A stretch of DNA of 60,979 bases, the filler included, from Diploschistes diacapsis (Eukaryota): NCBI GenBank assembly GCA_023645945.1. It is 9 parts of 9 records of this genome, joined end to end, with 100 filler letters (N's around TTAATTAATTAA, not from the genome) between each part and the next. Parts side by side here need not be neighbours in the genome. Positions count along the whole stretch, not along the records: positions 4,313 to 30,919 come from JALAIB010000175.1; 8 more parts are not named here. The stretch is one strand, 5' to 3'. The position numbers and the translations under genes were made by a program. Under the pieces are notes generated by a model. It was not told where the DNA came from and ran no database searches. It saw nothing but the letters and a program-made list of their open reading frames with translations. Each line of letters begins with the position of its first letter. Position 1 is the stretch's first letter. Shown piece after piece: positions 12,675-25,215 of this stretch.

Positions 12675-13720
12675 ATGGTTTCGGCCAGTAATCCGGATGC
12701 GCTTCCAGCAAAGCTTAAGCTTGAGATTGTACGACTACCCTCCGGTCTCAAGACCATGATCAGTCTCTGCAAAGCAGTCCAGTGTTCCATCTGTGTCCAG
12801 ATGAGCTTCTGGTCCAATCATCCATTTTGTTGTCCTGAAATTACGGATTCGCGTGTCTCGGACACAACACTTCGCATCAATGCTTTGCCGGTTATTCGAA
12901 GACAGTGACGACTGCGCCGTATTAGATGCTGTTTCTCGGTCACTTACCTTTGGGAGTCGTTGCCTTTAGACTCTCGAGGGAAGTTCATGGTATTAAAACC
13001 GAAAAGCTGCTCAAAACTCTCAGATCGCCAGATACTGCCACACTATTGTTCGAGACTACGACCCATCCCATGATGTATGCCAACCCTATAATACTCGAGG
13101 CATGGGTTTTACTCGAATTTGGTCTCGATGCTTACCATGATGCCTCCTATACCGCTTTGATACGCCTGAAAATAGTGCTCGAGTTGCTTCCGCTCGCGCG
13201 TATGCGACCTACCAAGGCGCCCTTTCTCCTCGCACATAAGCTACAGGGTGTCCCTTTATCGCCGGACGATGCTCGACAGTTCTTGCTCCGCCCATTCCGC
13301 GATTCTATGCTTGGTTCTAACCTCCGAGCTCAGCTAGGCCCATGGAGCCTCCCCGAGCTCTGGGTTGTATAAAGTTTGGTGATCATGTTTGAGATGGAGA
13401 GGGATATTGAAGAACCTATGAATCAGCGCTCAAGCGGGTGGCTGCCAGCACATAGCAGGGACCTGCGGGATCCTAGTTTTGAAATATTGCGGTAGTGGAT
13501 TCTTAGGCGAATAGAAGGCTGCATGAGTTTATGCAAGATTGGCGACTGGATCTGTGAGGAAGATCAGCCGTGGGCATGGGGGCGAATGGCGAAATGGAGT
13601 GTGGAGGAAGATGGCGACGTTCACATGAAAGCGTATGAGGGTGAGGAGCAGGCTGCACGGAAGGCGCTCGAGCGCCAGCTACGCGAGTACGAAGAAATGA
13701 TGCGCGACGCTGATGTATGA
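12675..13720 (+). pseudogene. Degraded hypothetical gene with an F-box-like start
   Basis: MVSASNPDALPAKLKLEIV resembles an F-box start. Protein-like fragments continue in shifting frames to ...QLREYEEMMRDADV*. Confidence 0.3.
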
Positions 13721-14344
13721 AATCTAGCGGATCTTGGATTGGAAAGAGCGTTTGTACAAGGAGGTTCTCATGGCTGATGTACAACACTACTTCTTTCTCA
13801 CAAAAGCTATAAAATTGACGAGCTAAAGCAAAAAGCCCTTTCCCACGTGCCACGCTAGGAAAACCAAATGCCGCTTTTGGGGATTATGCAGTTAAAAGAA
13901 TCCGAAAGAGCTGCGAAAAGGATTTCACAGTGGGAGTGAATTGGGTGTATTGCGATCCTCTATTGGCACTGAGGCTATATAAAAAGAATCGTTCCACCCG
14001 TTTGCAACCTGTCAAGTATTCCCTCCACAGGTTATTAGCCCATCAAACGCCAACACTTATGCAGGGGTATCATGAAGTAAAAGTGCCTGTCCGATGATGC
14101 CTCCCGATCCAAACCATAAATCTTGACGATTCAATCCATCTCGAATTACCATTCGTAAAGGAATATCCGTACTGAGATACTTTCCGATAACCGAAAAGCA
14201 AAGACTGCCAAAAGGCGAAGGTCTAGGCAACCCAGCAAACCATCCAACCCTTGCGTCGGTAGCAAGTAGCGAACCTCAATCGGAATGGAGGATATGAAGC
14301 TGCCTGTGAGAATTAAGGGATAGATCACCCCGCAGATACCATGT

Positions 14345-16237
14345 TCATATGTAGGCAGCGTAACTATCGTCCCAGGGAGAATCAGAGCCATCCCAATCCT
14401 CGTCACCACTCACCTCATCATCCAGGAAGTCCTTCTCAAGGTATTGAGTCTCCGCTGGTCGCAAGTTTTCAATCCTGAACTCCACGGTGTGACACTTACC
14501 CTGAATGAACAAGCGTGTATCTCCCTCATTCGGGGTTCCTGCAACTTGGTCTGCTCTTTCGACGTGAGCCAACCGGCTCACGGAAGAGCCTGCTACTACT
14601 TCTAGGCTTGCGTTCCGTTCGAGCCTCTTCGAACGGCGCCCAGACGAAGGTACGCTCAATTCAGGCTGCGAGTGCTTACGCTTATGCGCGGTCGGAGGAC
14701 CAAAGGCCCTGGTGTCGGAGGTGTAGCCTGAAGTGATGGTACGGGCCCTCGGCTCCAAGGCAAATGCCTGCCTTTTGAAGATTTTCCCAAGGCGTCGGTC
14801 CCATTCATCCCTTAGTTTGACCCGCGCTCTCCAATCCATATCAACACTGGCTTTAATGATGATGACTCTAAGGTAAGGAAGGGAACGCGCAGAGTCGACA
14901 AGTGTACCAAGAAGCAACTTGGCCGCCTCCTGTGAGCATCTGCGTAGGTAAGTCAGCTCAATGCGTTGAAGTGTTGAGGGCCAACTTGGAATAACTCCTT
15001 CAGGCAGCAGTTGCTTAAATTGTGGCTCTGGGTAATGCTGTGACATCAGCAAACCATAATATTGCATGTTCATGCTGAGTTTTTCTAGATTTGAGCATGA
15101 CGTTGCTAAACCCCCAAGAAACCCAAGATTCAAGGAGCGATTATGATTGAGGGTCAAACTTCTAAGTTGGTGTCCGTGCTTTGCAAGGTAATGCGCAAGA
15201 GAAGCCGAGTCAACATCGCAGTCAATAATGAACAGATGCTCAAGCGGTTTCGAGAGGTTGAGAAGTACGTGGACGTCACCATCGAGTTGCGATATGGTGA
15301 AAGTGAGATCCTTCAATCGCGGCAGAAAGTTGAGACTGTTAACGAGACTGGTAGCTTGTTTGTCCCTATTGACTTTCTTGGTGAAGACATTGAACCACGA
15401 AACTTGTACTTTTTCAAGTCTTCCAAACGCAGCCATGCTGTGGATCTCCAACAACGAACACCACGGCCAGGTTTGGTCGCGATTGAAATAATAATTCCAG
15501 TTGAAAGATTTCAAGCGTACTCCGCCAGAGTCTAGGACCTCGATGGAGCTTTGCTTGTACACTTTGCTTCTTCCCTTCACGGAATTATTGTAGGCGAGTT
15601 GCTTGTTTTGGGGGTGGTCGCCTAAAGCTTGGAAAGATAATCCCCGAAGCATCGGTGCCACTTCAAGCAGGCGATCTATATCAATAGGATCATGGCCCGA
15701 ATCCTTATACGCTAGAATGGAAAGCGCTGGCATGCTGATTTCCTTGACCCATGAGCGATACATTTGAAGGGGGACAAGGCTGTGCGGTGAATGTGGCTGA
15801 GTGGAACGTAGATGTGAAAGGAGATTCCGAGCCTGTGACGGCGAGGCGAAAGTTGGTTTATAGTACAGCGCCGCAAGCGCGGGTTGTGCGAAGCTCTTGC
15901 AGACTCGAGAGGTTTGCAAGAGCCATGCCGTGCTCGATTTGCCTAGTAGACAGGTACTGTTTGGCAAACCCTCCTCCTCACTCAGGGCCCATGCAGCATA
16001 TTGAAATGTATGAAATAAGAGATCAAATTCAAGGAACTGAAGATAAGGAGAAGGCGCGTAGTCGGCCATTTTCTCAACAGCCAGCACTTCAGCCGCATTG
16101 TTGTCTACTACCGGACTATCAGCTCTCGCAGATTCTTCTTGCGGAGGGACCGTGGTAAAAGAAGATATTCGGTGTTTGCCTCGTTGTGGCCGGACGGAAA
16201 GTTTTGATGTTTGCAGCCTTTGAGATCTGCGAACCAT
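14345..16237 (-). CDS. Conserved fungal F-box/LRR-like (RNI-like) protein
   Basis: Uninterrupted 630-aa ORF; LLQTSRVCKSFAQPALAALYYKP F-box-like tail; several LxxLxL repeats (LPRLKDLTF, LRSLTLNHN, LEKLSMNM). Confidence 0.75.
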   Translation of the reverse strand: MVRRSQRLQTSKLSVRPQRGKHRISSFTTVPPQEESARADSPVVDNNAAEVLAVEKMADYAPSPYLQFLEFDLLFHTFQYAAWALSEEEGLPNSTCLLGKSSTAWLLQTSRVCKSFAQPALAALYYKPTFASPSQARNLLSHLRSTQPHSPHSLVPLQMYRSWVKEISMPALSILAYKDSGHDPIDIDRLLEVAPMLRGLSFQALGDHPQNKQLAYNNSVKGRSKVYKQSSIEVLDSGGVRLKSFNWNYYFNRDQTWPWCSLLEIHSMAAFGRLEKVQVSWFNVFTKKVNRDKQATSLVNSLNFLPRLKDLTFTISQLDGDVHVLLNLSKPLEHLFIIDCDVDSASLAHYLAKHGHQLRSLTLNHNRSLNLGFLGGLATSCSNLEKLSMNMQYYGLLMSQHYPEPQFKQLLPEGVIPSWPSTLQRIELTYLRRCSQEAAKLLLGTLVDSARSLPYLRVIIIKASVDMDWRARVKLRDEWDRRLGKIFKRQAFALEPRARTITSGYTSDTRAFGPPTAHKRKHSQPELSVPSSGRRSKRLERNASLEVVAGSSVSRLAHVERADQVAGTPNEGDTRLFIQGKCHTVEFRIENLRPAETQYLEKDFLDDEVSGDEDWDGSDSPWDDSYAAYI

Positions 16238-17168
16238 GGTGTGCAGTCAAATTGTCGAGTTGCACAACCGCACAACCGCACAGACACTCAGACTAGGCAG
16301 CAGGCGACTTAGAACCTACCTCTACGTCGATGGATGGATTGATCGTAGACAGCACGAAAGAGAACGAGGCCGTCAGTAGATATAGATATAGGTTGGATAG
16401 TCGGAAACAGAGAAACAGAGCGTTGACTGTTGTATGGAAGCCAAGACTTGATGGAATGATAAATTACTGTATTGGTAATCTTACGAAATACCTGTAACGG
16501 TATATATAGTACTGTAATATACTTCTTCTCCCCCAAAGTCGGACTGCAACCTTCAAGGGCCCGTCAGCGCCAGTTATGGGAGGAGCAGTCTCTACTAACA
16601 AAGACTTCTCATATCAATATGCCTACTCAATAAAACTATATTCATGGATGATCTGTTTTCATGTGGACGGATTACCAAGCAAAGCAGTGGCTATCTCGCG
16701 TTTGACAAGAGGGACACTCCTATTCTGTCTAGAAAGAAAGATTGACTTACAATTATCGCGCTTCTCTCAGCCAGCGAACTCTAAAGCGCGTTGTACCTCT
16801 GATGATGGGATTTGACGGATAAGCCCCCAGCTTCTTTCTCCGGCTCGGAATATTTTTTTGAGGCTTCAAAGCGTTGACCTTCCCGTGCTCATTTGGTGTG
16901 CTGGTGTCTGTGCACACGCGATCAACCAAGTTTGATACACCCAGCTTCCCTGCGACTCGTCAATGGCTTTTGACAATATCAACTCTGGATAATCTCCCGG
17001 AAATTCAGGAGCTGAGATCTGTTCTTCAGCTGGCTCTGACTTTGGGCTGTCTGGGAAAGTACGATCAATGTTTCTCGTGTAGACAGGCATCCTGACGATG
17101 GACTCGAATTTCTCGTGCTGCGGAACAAGTAAATCACTTTTGCGAAGATACTCTGGAGTTTACGGAAG

Positions 17169-20048
17169 ATGAAGAGGACAACCTACACAGAATCAAAAGG
17201 ACATCATACCGGAGAACTTTCGTTCTATATATTTACAATAAACAATAGAAATCCGCTCTTTTTACAGCGCAATATCCGCCGAGCGTTACAAGCCCATCGG
17301 AAACAGCTCGAAGAGCAACAGCGCGTGAAGCTGGGGAGGATGAAAGGCTCGGTTTCAACTACCGGCGGTCACGCTCCGGCGACATCCACGGGTGAAAAAA
17401 CCTGGTCTCCGAAGGAGATCATCAATATACTTGAGCGAAAGAACTTCTCGGACCGAGATCCAGTGCTTCGAATAGATGTGTCCGCAATAAAGGACCGATT
17501 TGCCAAGTACAGAGACGTCAAAGCCGACGATGAACCACCACAAAAATCAATCAAAGTTTCGCCTGTTGACGCTACGTGTTCCTTGACCATTTGGGACTCT
17601 ACTTCTGGTACATTTGACACGGTTGTTGAACAGACTAGACGGTGCGAGATCTTTCAGAAGAACAAGGCCAGTGGTGAACGGTATGCTTCCATTGAACTTG
17701 CAGAACCCTTTATTGTTACGCTCCAAAAGCTCCAACCCAAACGTGATCTGGCCTCACAAACGTATGGCGAGCAACTATTCTCCATGCAACTGGCCATTAT
17801 GGCTGCAAACAGCACTGATCGCTGGCCACCAGTCGATACAAAAGTCCCACCACCCAAAACTACAGAGTTTCGTGATCCCACTGGCCACCTAGTAAGGTTC
17901 CCGGTCCTCGTCGCCAAGTGGCTTCGATTGCCGCGCGTCCCGGCAAATGAAGACGAGTCGTCATTAGAGCTTTTTGCATCTCAAGACCAGACGAAATACA
18001 AGCCGAAGCTGAGTCTTAAGATAAGCGCCCAATGGATGCAAGCGCCAAGTCCGTTAGCCGCTTATAACTCCGAATGCAGGGGTGGGCTCATATCTCCCGA
18101 TACTTCCTCGCGGTCCACGTCGACCCATGATCGTAGTGAACCTAAGACTGTTATCAAGACCGCATGGGTTTTCGAACAGTTAGCAGACTTTATGGACAAG
18201 CTTCCTTTTGATGGATATGCCTGTGCGATGTGTGAGGGCAAGCAGTTTCTTGATGTACATGAGTTCCACTTCCACTTGGTCAACGGACACGACCTGTTCA
18301 AGTTTGCATTCTCGCAAGATTTCAAGACCAATAGCTTGGGGCAGTCAATAGCGGAAGGCCTCGTGCGCGTCGATTTTGCTGATGGATACGACAAAAGGCC
18401 CATCGGGAAAAACTCGCTTGATCCCCGAGAAATGGCTTGGCTTAGACCATACTGGCCATTCGACATTAACAAGTATCTCAAGGGAGACGAATCCTGGCTC
18501 GGCAGGAGTACTGTACGAAAGCATGGTCTTTTGGTACCACCGCCGCGGCTGGAAAGGTCGTCATCAAGGGATGTCGTTAAAGACGTCCCGCCCACGACCA
18601 TCGCACGGCCCCCAGACCAGATCCCAGATCTTGTTCCGTCCGTACGGAAAAAGTTTAGGGTGCCAGCTGCTCCACATGGAATGAGTTTCTACCGTACCAC
18701 TGCCAAGTGCCCCTTGAATGAAGGCGACGAGGTTTCGGAAAGTGATGATAATATCGACGAGGAATGGCTCCTAAAGAAACACTCGGACACGATTGATAGT
18801 TTCACAGACACCTTACCACAAGAGAAGGAATTCATGCAGGTTTATGATAAACACATGCTTCAAGAAGATGTGTCTTCTGATTTGCACGCAGGGGAAGCTC
18901 TTGTTCGCTTCTGCCGTGCAAACAAAGCTTGGCTCCAGACACCCCCAATGCGGCTTGAACTCTCCAAAAAAGCAGCGGCACTCAAACTTCAGGGAGCCCT
19001 TACATCTACCATTATCCGCGCGTGCCTGGCCATTGTGAATTCGCCGACCCGAACCAGCCCCGACAACGAGGACGCAATGGATATTGATACATCCCCACCT
19101 TCAGCCTCAAGAAAGACCCATCCCGCAAACAAATCTACACCTAATGGGCAGAAGAACAAGCCGCCCGAAACCTTCCGCCCTCTCACTCCTCCAGAGATAG
19201 GCCACATTTACGGCCGCTGTGCCAAGTGCAACAGCGCCATTCTCGACATGCACAGCAATATCCGATGTGCAAATCCCATGTGCTTGCGCGCCGACCATCA
19301 TCTTTTGTGTGTTGGTCTTTCGCGGCGGGATGTCAACTGGATTTGCGAAAAATGTGGAAACGCTGGCTTTGTACTGGAAGGCAAGACCAAGCCGGCGAAA
19401 TCTGGTGTACCAAGCATTGAAGCCGCTAGAAGTACTGCAACACCCCCAGTGACCGCTGCAAACGCACCAGTCAGTCCACCTGTTTCGACTCCGGCTTCTA
19501 CATCGGTGTCTACTTCGGCAGCTGCTACTGCCCCAGTCACAGGCGCTGCGACAGGCATGGAAAGCGGTAGTGGAAGTGCAAGCAAGCTTGCTATCCGCAG
19601 CCAGGACAGCTCACCCGCCAGAATTTCTGGCGCAAAGCGAAGCGGGCAGTCAAAAGACGCTGTAGAGGAAGGAGCATTAAATGTGTCATTAGGATATGAT
19701 GGTGCGGATGAGAGTGGTGACAAAGTCGCAACAACATACGTTCTGGATAGGAAACTGCAGCATGATAACGAAAACTCGGCTGCAGGTGCAGACTTGCAAG
19801 ACTCCCAAGATGCGGCGAACACAATATCAGCAATCTCTTGGCTTAAAGCGACAACACAAGATCTCCAGAATTCAGAAATGCACAATAGCCCATCCCCTTC
19901 CTCGTCCAGTGAGTCTGACGAGGAGGAAGAAGATGAAGAGGGAGATAGCTCGATAGCCAGCGAGGCACACGACGCGTCGGACGAAGACTACAAGGAGAGC
20001 GAGCATGGGGACAAGGAATACGATGGGGATGTGGGCATGGACGACTGA
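17169..20048 (+). CDS. SUZ12: Polycomb repressive complex 2 subunit SUZ12 with C2H2 finger, VEFS box and a C-terminal PHD finger (true start uncertain)
   Basis: N-terminal RNPLFLQRNI; C2H2 finger CAMCEGKQFLDVHEFHFHLVNGHDLFKF; VEFS box FYRT...SESDDNIDEEWLLKKHSDTIDSFTDTLPQEKEFMQVYDKHM; C4HC3 finger at 19218-19356. Confidence 0.85.
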   Translation: MKRTTYTESKGHHTGELSFYIFTINNRNPLFLQRNIRRALQAHRKQLEEQQRVKLGRMKGSVSTTGGHAPATSTGEKTWSPKEIINILERKNFSDRDPVLRIDVSAIKDRFAKYRDVKADDEPPQKSIKVSPVDATCSLTIWDSTSGTFDTVVEQTRRCEIFQKNKASGERYASIELAEPFIVTLQKLQPKRDLASQTYGEQLFSMQLAIMAANSTDRWPPVDTKVPPPKTTEFRDPTGHLVRFPVLVAKWLRLPRVPANEDESSLELFASQDQTKYKPKLSLKISAQWMQAPSPLAAYNSECRGGLISPDTSSRSTSTHDRSEPKTVIKTAWVFEQLADFMDKLPFDGYACAMCEGKQFLDVHEFHFHLVNGHDLFKFAFSQDFKTNSLGQSIAEGLVRVDFADGYDKRPIGKNSLDPREMAWLRPYWPFDINKYLKGDESWLGRSTVRKHGLLVPPPRLERSSSRDVVKDVPPTTIARPPDQIPDLVPSVRKKFRVPAAPHGMSFYRTTAKCPLNEGDEVSESDDNIDEEWLLKKHSDTIDSFTDTLPQEKEFMQVYDKHMLQEDVSSDLHAGEALVRFCRANKAWLQTPPMRLELSKKAAALKLQGALTSTIIRACLAIVNSPTRTSPDNEDAMDIDTSPPSASRKTHPANKSTPNGQKNKPPETFRPLTPPEIGHIYGRCAKCNSAILDMHSNIRCANPMCLRADHHLLCVGLSRRDVNWICEKCGNAGFVLEGKTKPAKSGVPSIEAARSTATPPVTAANAPVSPPVSTPASTSVSTSAAATAPVTGAATGMESGSGSASKLAIRSQDSSPARISGAKRSGQSKDAVEEGALNVSLGYDGADESGDKVATTYVLDRKLQHDNENSAAGADLQDSQDAANTISAISWLKATTQDLQNSEMHNSPSPSSSSESDEEEEDEEGDSSIASEAHDASDEDYKESEHGDKEYDGDVGMDD

Positions 20049-20848
20049 TACCTTCGAGGACTCGGAAGCGGATGGGCATCAGCCTGAAACCATACCTCTG
20101 GACACCATATCTTCTCGCGGCATCTGTGTCTCTAATTTCAGAAAATAGCAAGGGAGGGAATAAGCTTTTGATAGGGCGCATTACTCGAATGGTATACTTT
20201 GGATACAGCAAGAAGTTTGGGTTTGTGTATAGAGCACTACTGCTTCAGATGGGTTTTCAACCCAGGGAATGACAAGAAGGAGAGGAACGGCGCAGTACTG
20301 TATGCGGGTTGCTTGGGAGGACTGGGCTGATGTTTTTTCAATCTTGGTGATGAATATGGGTTCGGATCTTCCAAATACCCGATATAAACCCGGTTTTCTT
20401 TTGCGTACAATGAGGATGGGATGACTCTTTCTCGAAGGTTTTCCTATGCTCCATAATCGGATGTATATGTCGTGCATACAATTGGTTTCACAGTATAAAC
20501 GGAGAAGTGATTTCTTACGAGTAGCCTTGCGCCATGCAAAAACCAAATCCGCTGGAAAGGCAGCGCGGAAGAATATCATACAATGGTATTAACTTATTAT
20601 GTTGGTTCCCGCTCATCAACGCATGTCGAAGAAGTAGCGCTCAAGAACCTTCTTTCATACAAAAGCTATGTCGCGGCTCCAGCTCGCTAAGATGACTACC
20701 CCGACCAATCGATAACTGTACAAGCAATATTTCTCCTCTTCTTTTGAGCTTTTTACCTTTCGATAACGTGCCAAATATACAATACACACCCCTAGCTCCC
20801 CAAGTCCTTTGGACCTATCCTCCCCTTCCTATTAGCTCTTGTTTCATA

Positions 20849-23800
20849 TTAGGTACTAGAAGCGAGGTGGTTCGCGGCCTATGAATCTGTTAGCCCTCCA
20901 TGCACACCGCACATCACAGGGAGGGAACTCAACGCACCTTGTCAAGGTTGTAATCAAACCTCTCCAACGCCTCAACGCTCGCATCTCTCGAATACCCCAT
21001 CCCCGTCAAGCGCTTCACAATCGGATCGTCGTGCTCCGTGGCCGTGCTAACCCCCCTACTAAGTGGGGGTTTAGGCTGTAGCATCTGACCTTGACTTTGC
21101 TGATGCTGCTGCGCCGCCGTGTTGCCGCCAGCACTCGAGTCCGGCACGCTGAAAACGTTGAGGAAGCCATCTGATCTCTGAGCCGCGCTCTCTCCGTTCG
21201 TCTGCTCCGCTGGTGCACCCGCATCACTATTGCCGCCGCCGAACCCCGCGAACATGGCGTCCCACTCATCCTTCGTTGGTCCAGGCCTCGTGGGGGCACC
21301 GGGAGCAGAGGCTGAAATGGACTGTGCAGGGGCGGAGAAGCTGCTCTCGAAGTCCTGGAACCCGCTTTGATCGAGGGTTGGCGCTTTGGAATGCGCCTGC
21401 GACGGCGCAGGGGAGTCGAAGGTCGGGTTGAACTCGTCGAACCCTTCGCGGGCGCCAGAGATGCCAAAATCCTCATCGCCTTTGTCGTCGACGGCCTGCG
21501 CTTCAGAGAGGTCGCCGAAGGCGCTGTCGAAGTCGTCGAAGGCTGTTTTGGAGGGAACAGAAGGAGCCTGGTATTGCTGTTGAGGTGAGACCCGAGGTGG
21601 GTTTTCGATGGCCGTGACACTAGTGGCGGGTATGTCGTTGCTGCTACCTGAGGCCCCAGCATGGTAGTCAACGCTATGGAGATGGGGCGAGGAGGTGGGG
21701 TCTTCGCGCGATGGGAGGAGGCCGCTGTATTCAGCGGCGAACCTGTTGGCGTCTCGTGGGCCGCCATCGATCGTGGGTGACACAGTCTCCTCATATGTTG
21801 GAGGCGATTTCTGCGCGTTTGGTGTTGGTAACTCGCTTGTGCCCGAGACTCCTCGGGATAAGGGTGGTCTGGGCGGGTCTAGAATGCTAAGGCTCGGAGC
21901 TTCTTGACCTTTACCTTTGGAAGCCGCAGTAGGAGCAAAATGGTCATCAAAACCGCTGCCATTCTCTTCGTCGCTTTCACTGTCGTCGTCGTCCCCACCA
22001 AGCTCCTGGATAGGAGGGAACTCGGTATTGCTGGTAGGCATGGACCCACCAAAAGCGCTACTCGAAATCGGGGCCTTGCCTTTGGCTTCATAGCTGCCGA
22101 GTGCTGCGTCAAAAGCACTCTTAGCTTCTCCATCGCTCTCTTTGGGCGGTTCGTTGGTATCGGTGTGGAATGGGGAGGTATCCATTGCTTCGCGTTGAGT
22201 CGACGTAATTGGTGTCTCTGCTGGTGTTATGTCGCTAGGAAACGCGCCAGGTATATTTGGGGGAGCACTTAAGGGTTCATGGGGCGTTGTAGCTTGTGGT
22301 GAATGAGTTTCCGTTGTATTGGTTTGTTCTAGCCCAGCTTGCGTATGCGGAGGAGAGATGCCGTTATGAGAAACAGATGCAGATCCTAAAGGTTCCTTGT
22401 CCTTTGTTGGCGTGGCAGCTTCGGAGAGTTCATCGAATTGGCTGGTGGGAGGCATGACGCCTACAGAAGAGGTTGATGATGGTGCTCGTTGAACGTTTTC
22501 CCTCAGTGGAAGAGAGCTCGGAGTCATCTGTCCAGAGTGTGGAGGCGGTGGAGGCGGCTGAGAAGTAGCAGGCAAACACGGAGACTCTTCTTTCTTGGGC
22601 ACCTGAGATAGTTCCCCGCCAGATGGTGGTCGCTCAAAAGCCTGTTGAGGAGTCCTGTTACCCTCGTTTACCAGGCCGTCGCTAGACGATGTGAACGGTC
22701 GAGAATCTTCCAGAGCGCTCCCAAAGAAGCTGTCAAAAGCGCTATGATTGGGCGAGTTCACGGGCTGAGCAGCGAAAGGCGACTGTGTCGTAGCTCTGGC
22801 TGAAGTCGTCGATGCAGTACGTCTGAAGAATGGGTTCATGCTGGAAGTTGAGGGTGCAGGACTGGCAACAGCGCTAGGGGTGGCTGTTCGGCTAGCCTCG
22901 AGGCCTCGGTTGCTATCCTCCAGCTCCTTCGTCGCTTCGTCGTACTCGCTGGTTGCGCTGCCGAGATCTACTTTGGCCTTTTCCCTCTCTGCTTCCGCTG
23001 TACTCAGTTGCTTTTTATTAATGGCCACCAGACCTTTTTGCTGGCGTGCGTCAGACCGCAATTTTTCAATCTGAGGTTTGATCTGATTAGTTTCTTTGAA
23101 TACTTGTGCAATACGGTCTTTCAGGTTTGTGTTTTCCCTTTGGTCGGCCTCTAGACCAGCAATCACCTGCTGTCTCTGTTCTTGCAAATTCTCATAGCTA
23201 TGCTGGGTCATGGCAAGATCCTGATGTAATTTCTTGGTTTCGCTCTTAGCAGTAGCCAACCGATCTTGCAATGACTTGAGATCTCTTGCCTCTTGCTCGT
23301 ATGCTGACCGTAGCTGAGAAAGTCGAGTTTCAAAGTCCCGTTTCTGGTTGGCTACTTGCGAAAGCTCTTGCTTATTAGTGACCTGTTTGCTCTGCACATC
23401 CTTCATCTGATTTGTTAGGTTGTTGACCTGGTTCGATAAATTTGCAAGCTCTGTTGTCTCATTCGTAAATTTCTTGCTAACCTCGGGATCGGTGTCTCCT
23501 AAGAGATCATCATCAGGTAAAGCACGAAGCTGCTGTGGGGAGGACGCACCACCAGCTGCCCCGGTAGCTTGAGGTGTCGCTAGAGACTGGCCGAAAGTTG
23601 AAGAAGGGACGAACGGTCTGAAGTGCGTAGACTGCTGTTGTGGAGAGGGCGAGGAGGTTGAGTGCGAAACTGAAGGAGCTGCAACAGAGGACGAACCGCC
23701 AGTGGACTGGGGAATTTGGGTTGGAGCGGTCAAAGCATCCAGACCAAAGAGATCGTCAGCTGCTGATTTTGGCTTTGGTGGTGGTGGTACCGCAGGAGAT

Positions 23801-25215
23801 GCTTGTGAATCAGGTGCCGCAGGCATAGGAACCTGCTGCCGCATGCTTGGTGGAACAAGATTTTGAGGCAGCGTTGCGGGAAGAGGACCCCTGGAGCTCA
23901 CTTGCTGCCGAATCAAATGCATTGCGACAGCGAATTCTTCCTGATTTAACTGTCCAGTTTGGGTAATATCTGCTAAATCCCATATCTGCGCAAGATCATT
24001 TTCAGACAGTTTCGAATTGCTGAAAAACGCCACCGCCTGCTCTCCACCAACAAAGCCTTGTTTATTGGAGTCAAGCCTCGAGAATTGCGCATCGTATTGG
24101 GCCTTCTCTTGTGCGGGTACAGCCCAATCATTAGGAACGCCTGTATTTTGCGCGGCTAAGCTTGGGGCATTGTAAGGCTCGCGAGCTAAAGGGCTCGAAG
24201 TCCGTAGCATACCAGCTCCACTGAATTGGCGAGGAATAGCTGAAATGGGGGATACCTCCGATACAGGGCGAGAGCCGGGCCCTTGTCGTGAAGGTGCTCC
24301 TCTTCTGGCGGCAGCCTCATAAAGTCCCGCAGGGAGATTATGTGGGAGAGCACGCATGGCTCCTGATCTAAAAGAAGCTAGAAGATGCATGGCAACGATA
24401 AACTCCGTTTCACTGAGTTTCCCTCTCTGCTCCGTGTCCGCCAAATTCCATATCCGTACGAGAACGTCATTGGGGAGCTTCGCTCGATCGAATATAGTCT
24501 TGGCAATTGAACCTGTGATAATCAGCTTGATCGATTTGGACAGAGTATTGTTTTACCATCAAGCGTGCCATGTTGAGCACCGGACTCGGCGAAAAGAGAA
24601 GCATATCTGTTGGCATTTTCTGGGGAAAGACGTGGGACGGGAATAGGGCCGCCGCTATTCTGTGTCTGTAACGGAGGCGCCGGAGCAGGTGGCTGAATAC
24701 CTTGGAAGCGAGGGAGAGGGCCAGCTAGATTACTATCAATCTCACTTCCCAACAGCCACTGTCATTAAAGGGTAACAATGTACCTTTTAAGGCCAGTTCA
24801 GGAGCAACCGGCCGCCCGTGTTGAGCATACCCTATCAACCTTAAGATCACGTAGAAGCCGGCTGGCGTCACAAATCCTTTATCGTCAGTGTCTGCAATTT
24901 GCCAAATCTGCGTTGTTCCCCCTATTAGCGCCCACGGGCTGCATGTTCCGTCCTTAAGTAACTCACTTCTCCCAGTGTTTCCGACGGTAGTCTCGCCTTG
25001 TCTGGAAAAAAGCGGATGGCAACATCGCCGGTGATAACACCTAAGTTGTCGCTGTCGGCGATGGAGAAGATGTGAGTAAACAGGCGACGTTCTTCAGGAG
25101 AAAGGGCTTGATCGGCTTGTTCTGTGGCGAGACAAGGCACCGTTAGCTCTGGTTTGAGCCTCGATACTGAACGAGGGGCCTCACTTTGGTCAAGGTTGCT
25201 GTAAAGCTGCGCCAT
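20849..25215 (-). CDS. EDE1: EH-domain / coiled-coil / UBA endocytic adaptor (multi-exon)
   Basis: Three EH domains (LPSETLGEIWQIADTD, LPNDVLVRIWNLADTEQRGKL, LAQIWDLADITQTGQL), a long coiled coil, an NPF motif, and a C-terminal UBA (LTGMGYSRDASVEALERFDYNLDK-AANHL). Confidence 0.92.
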
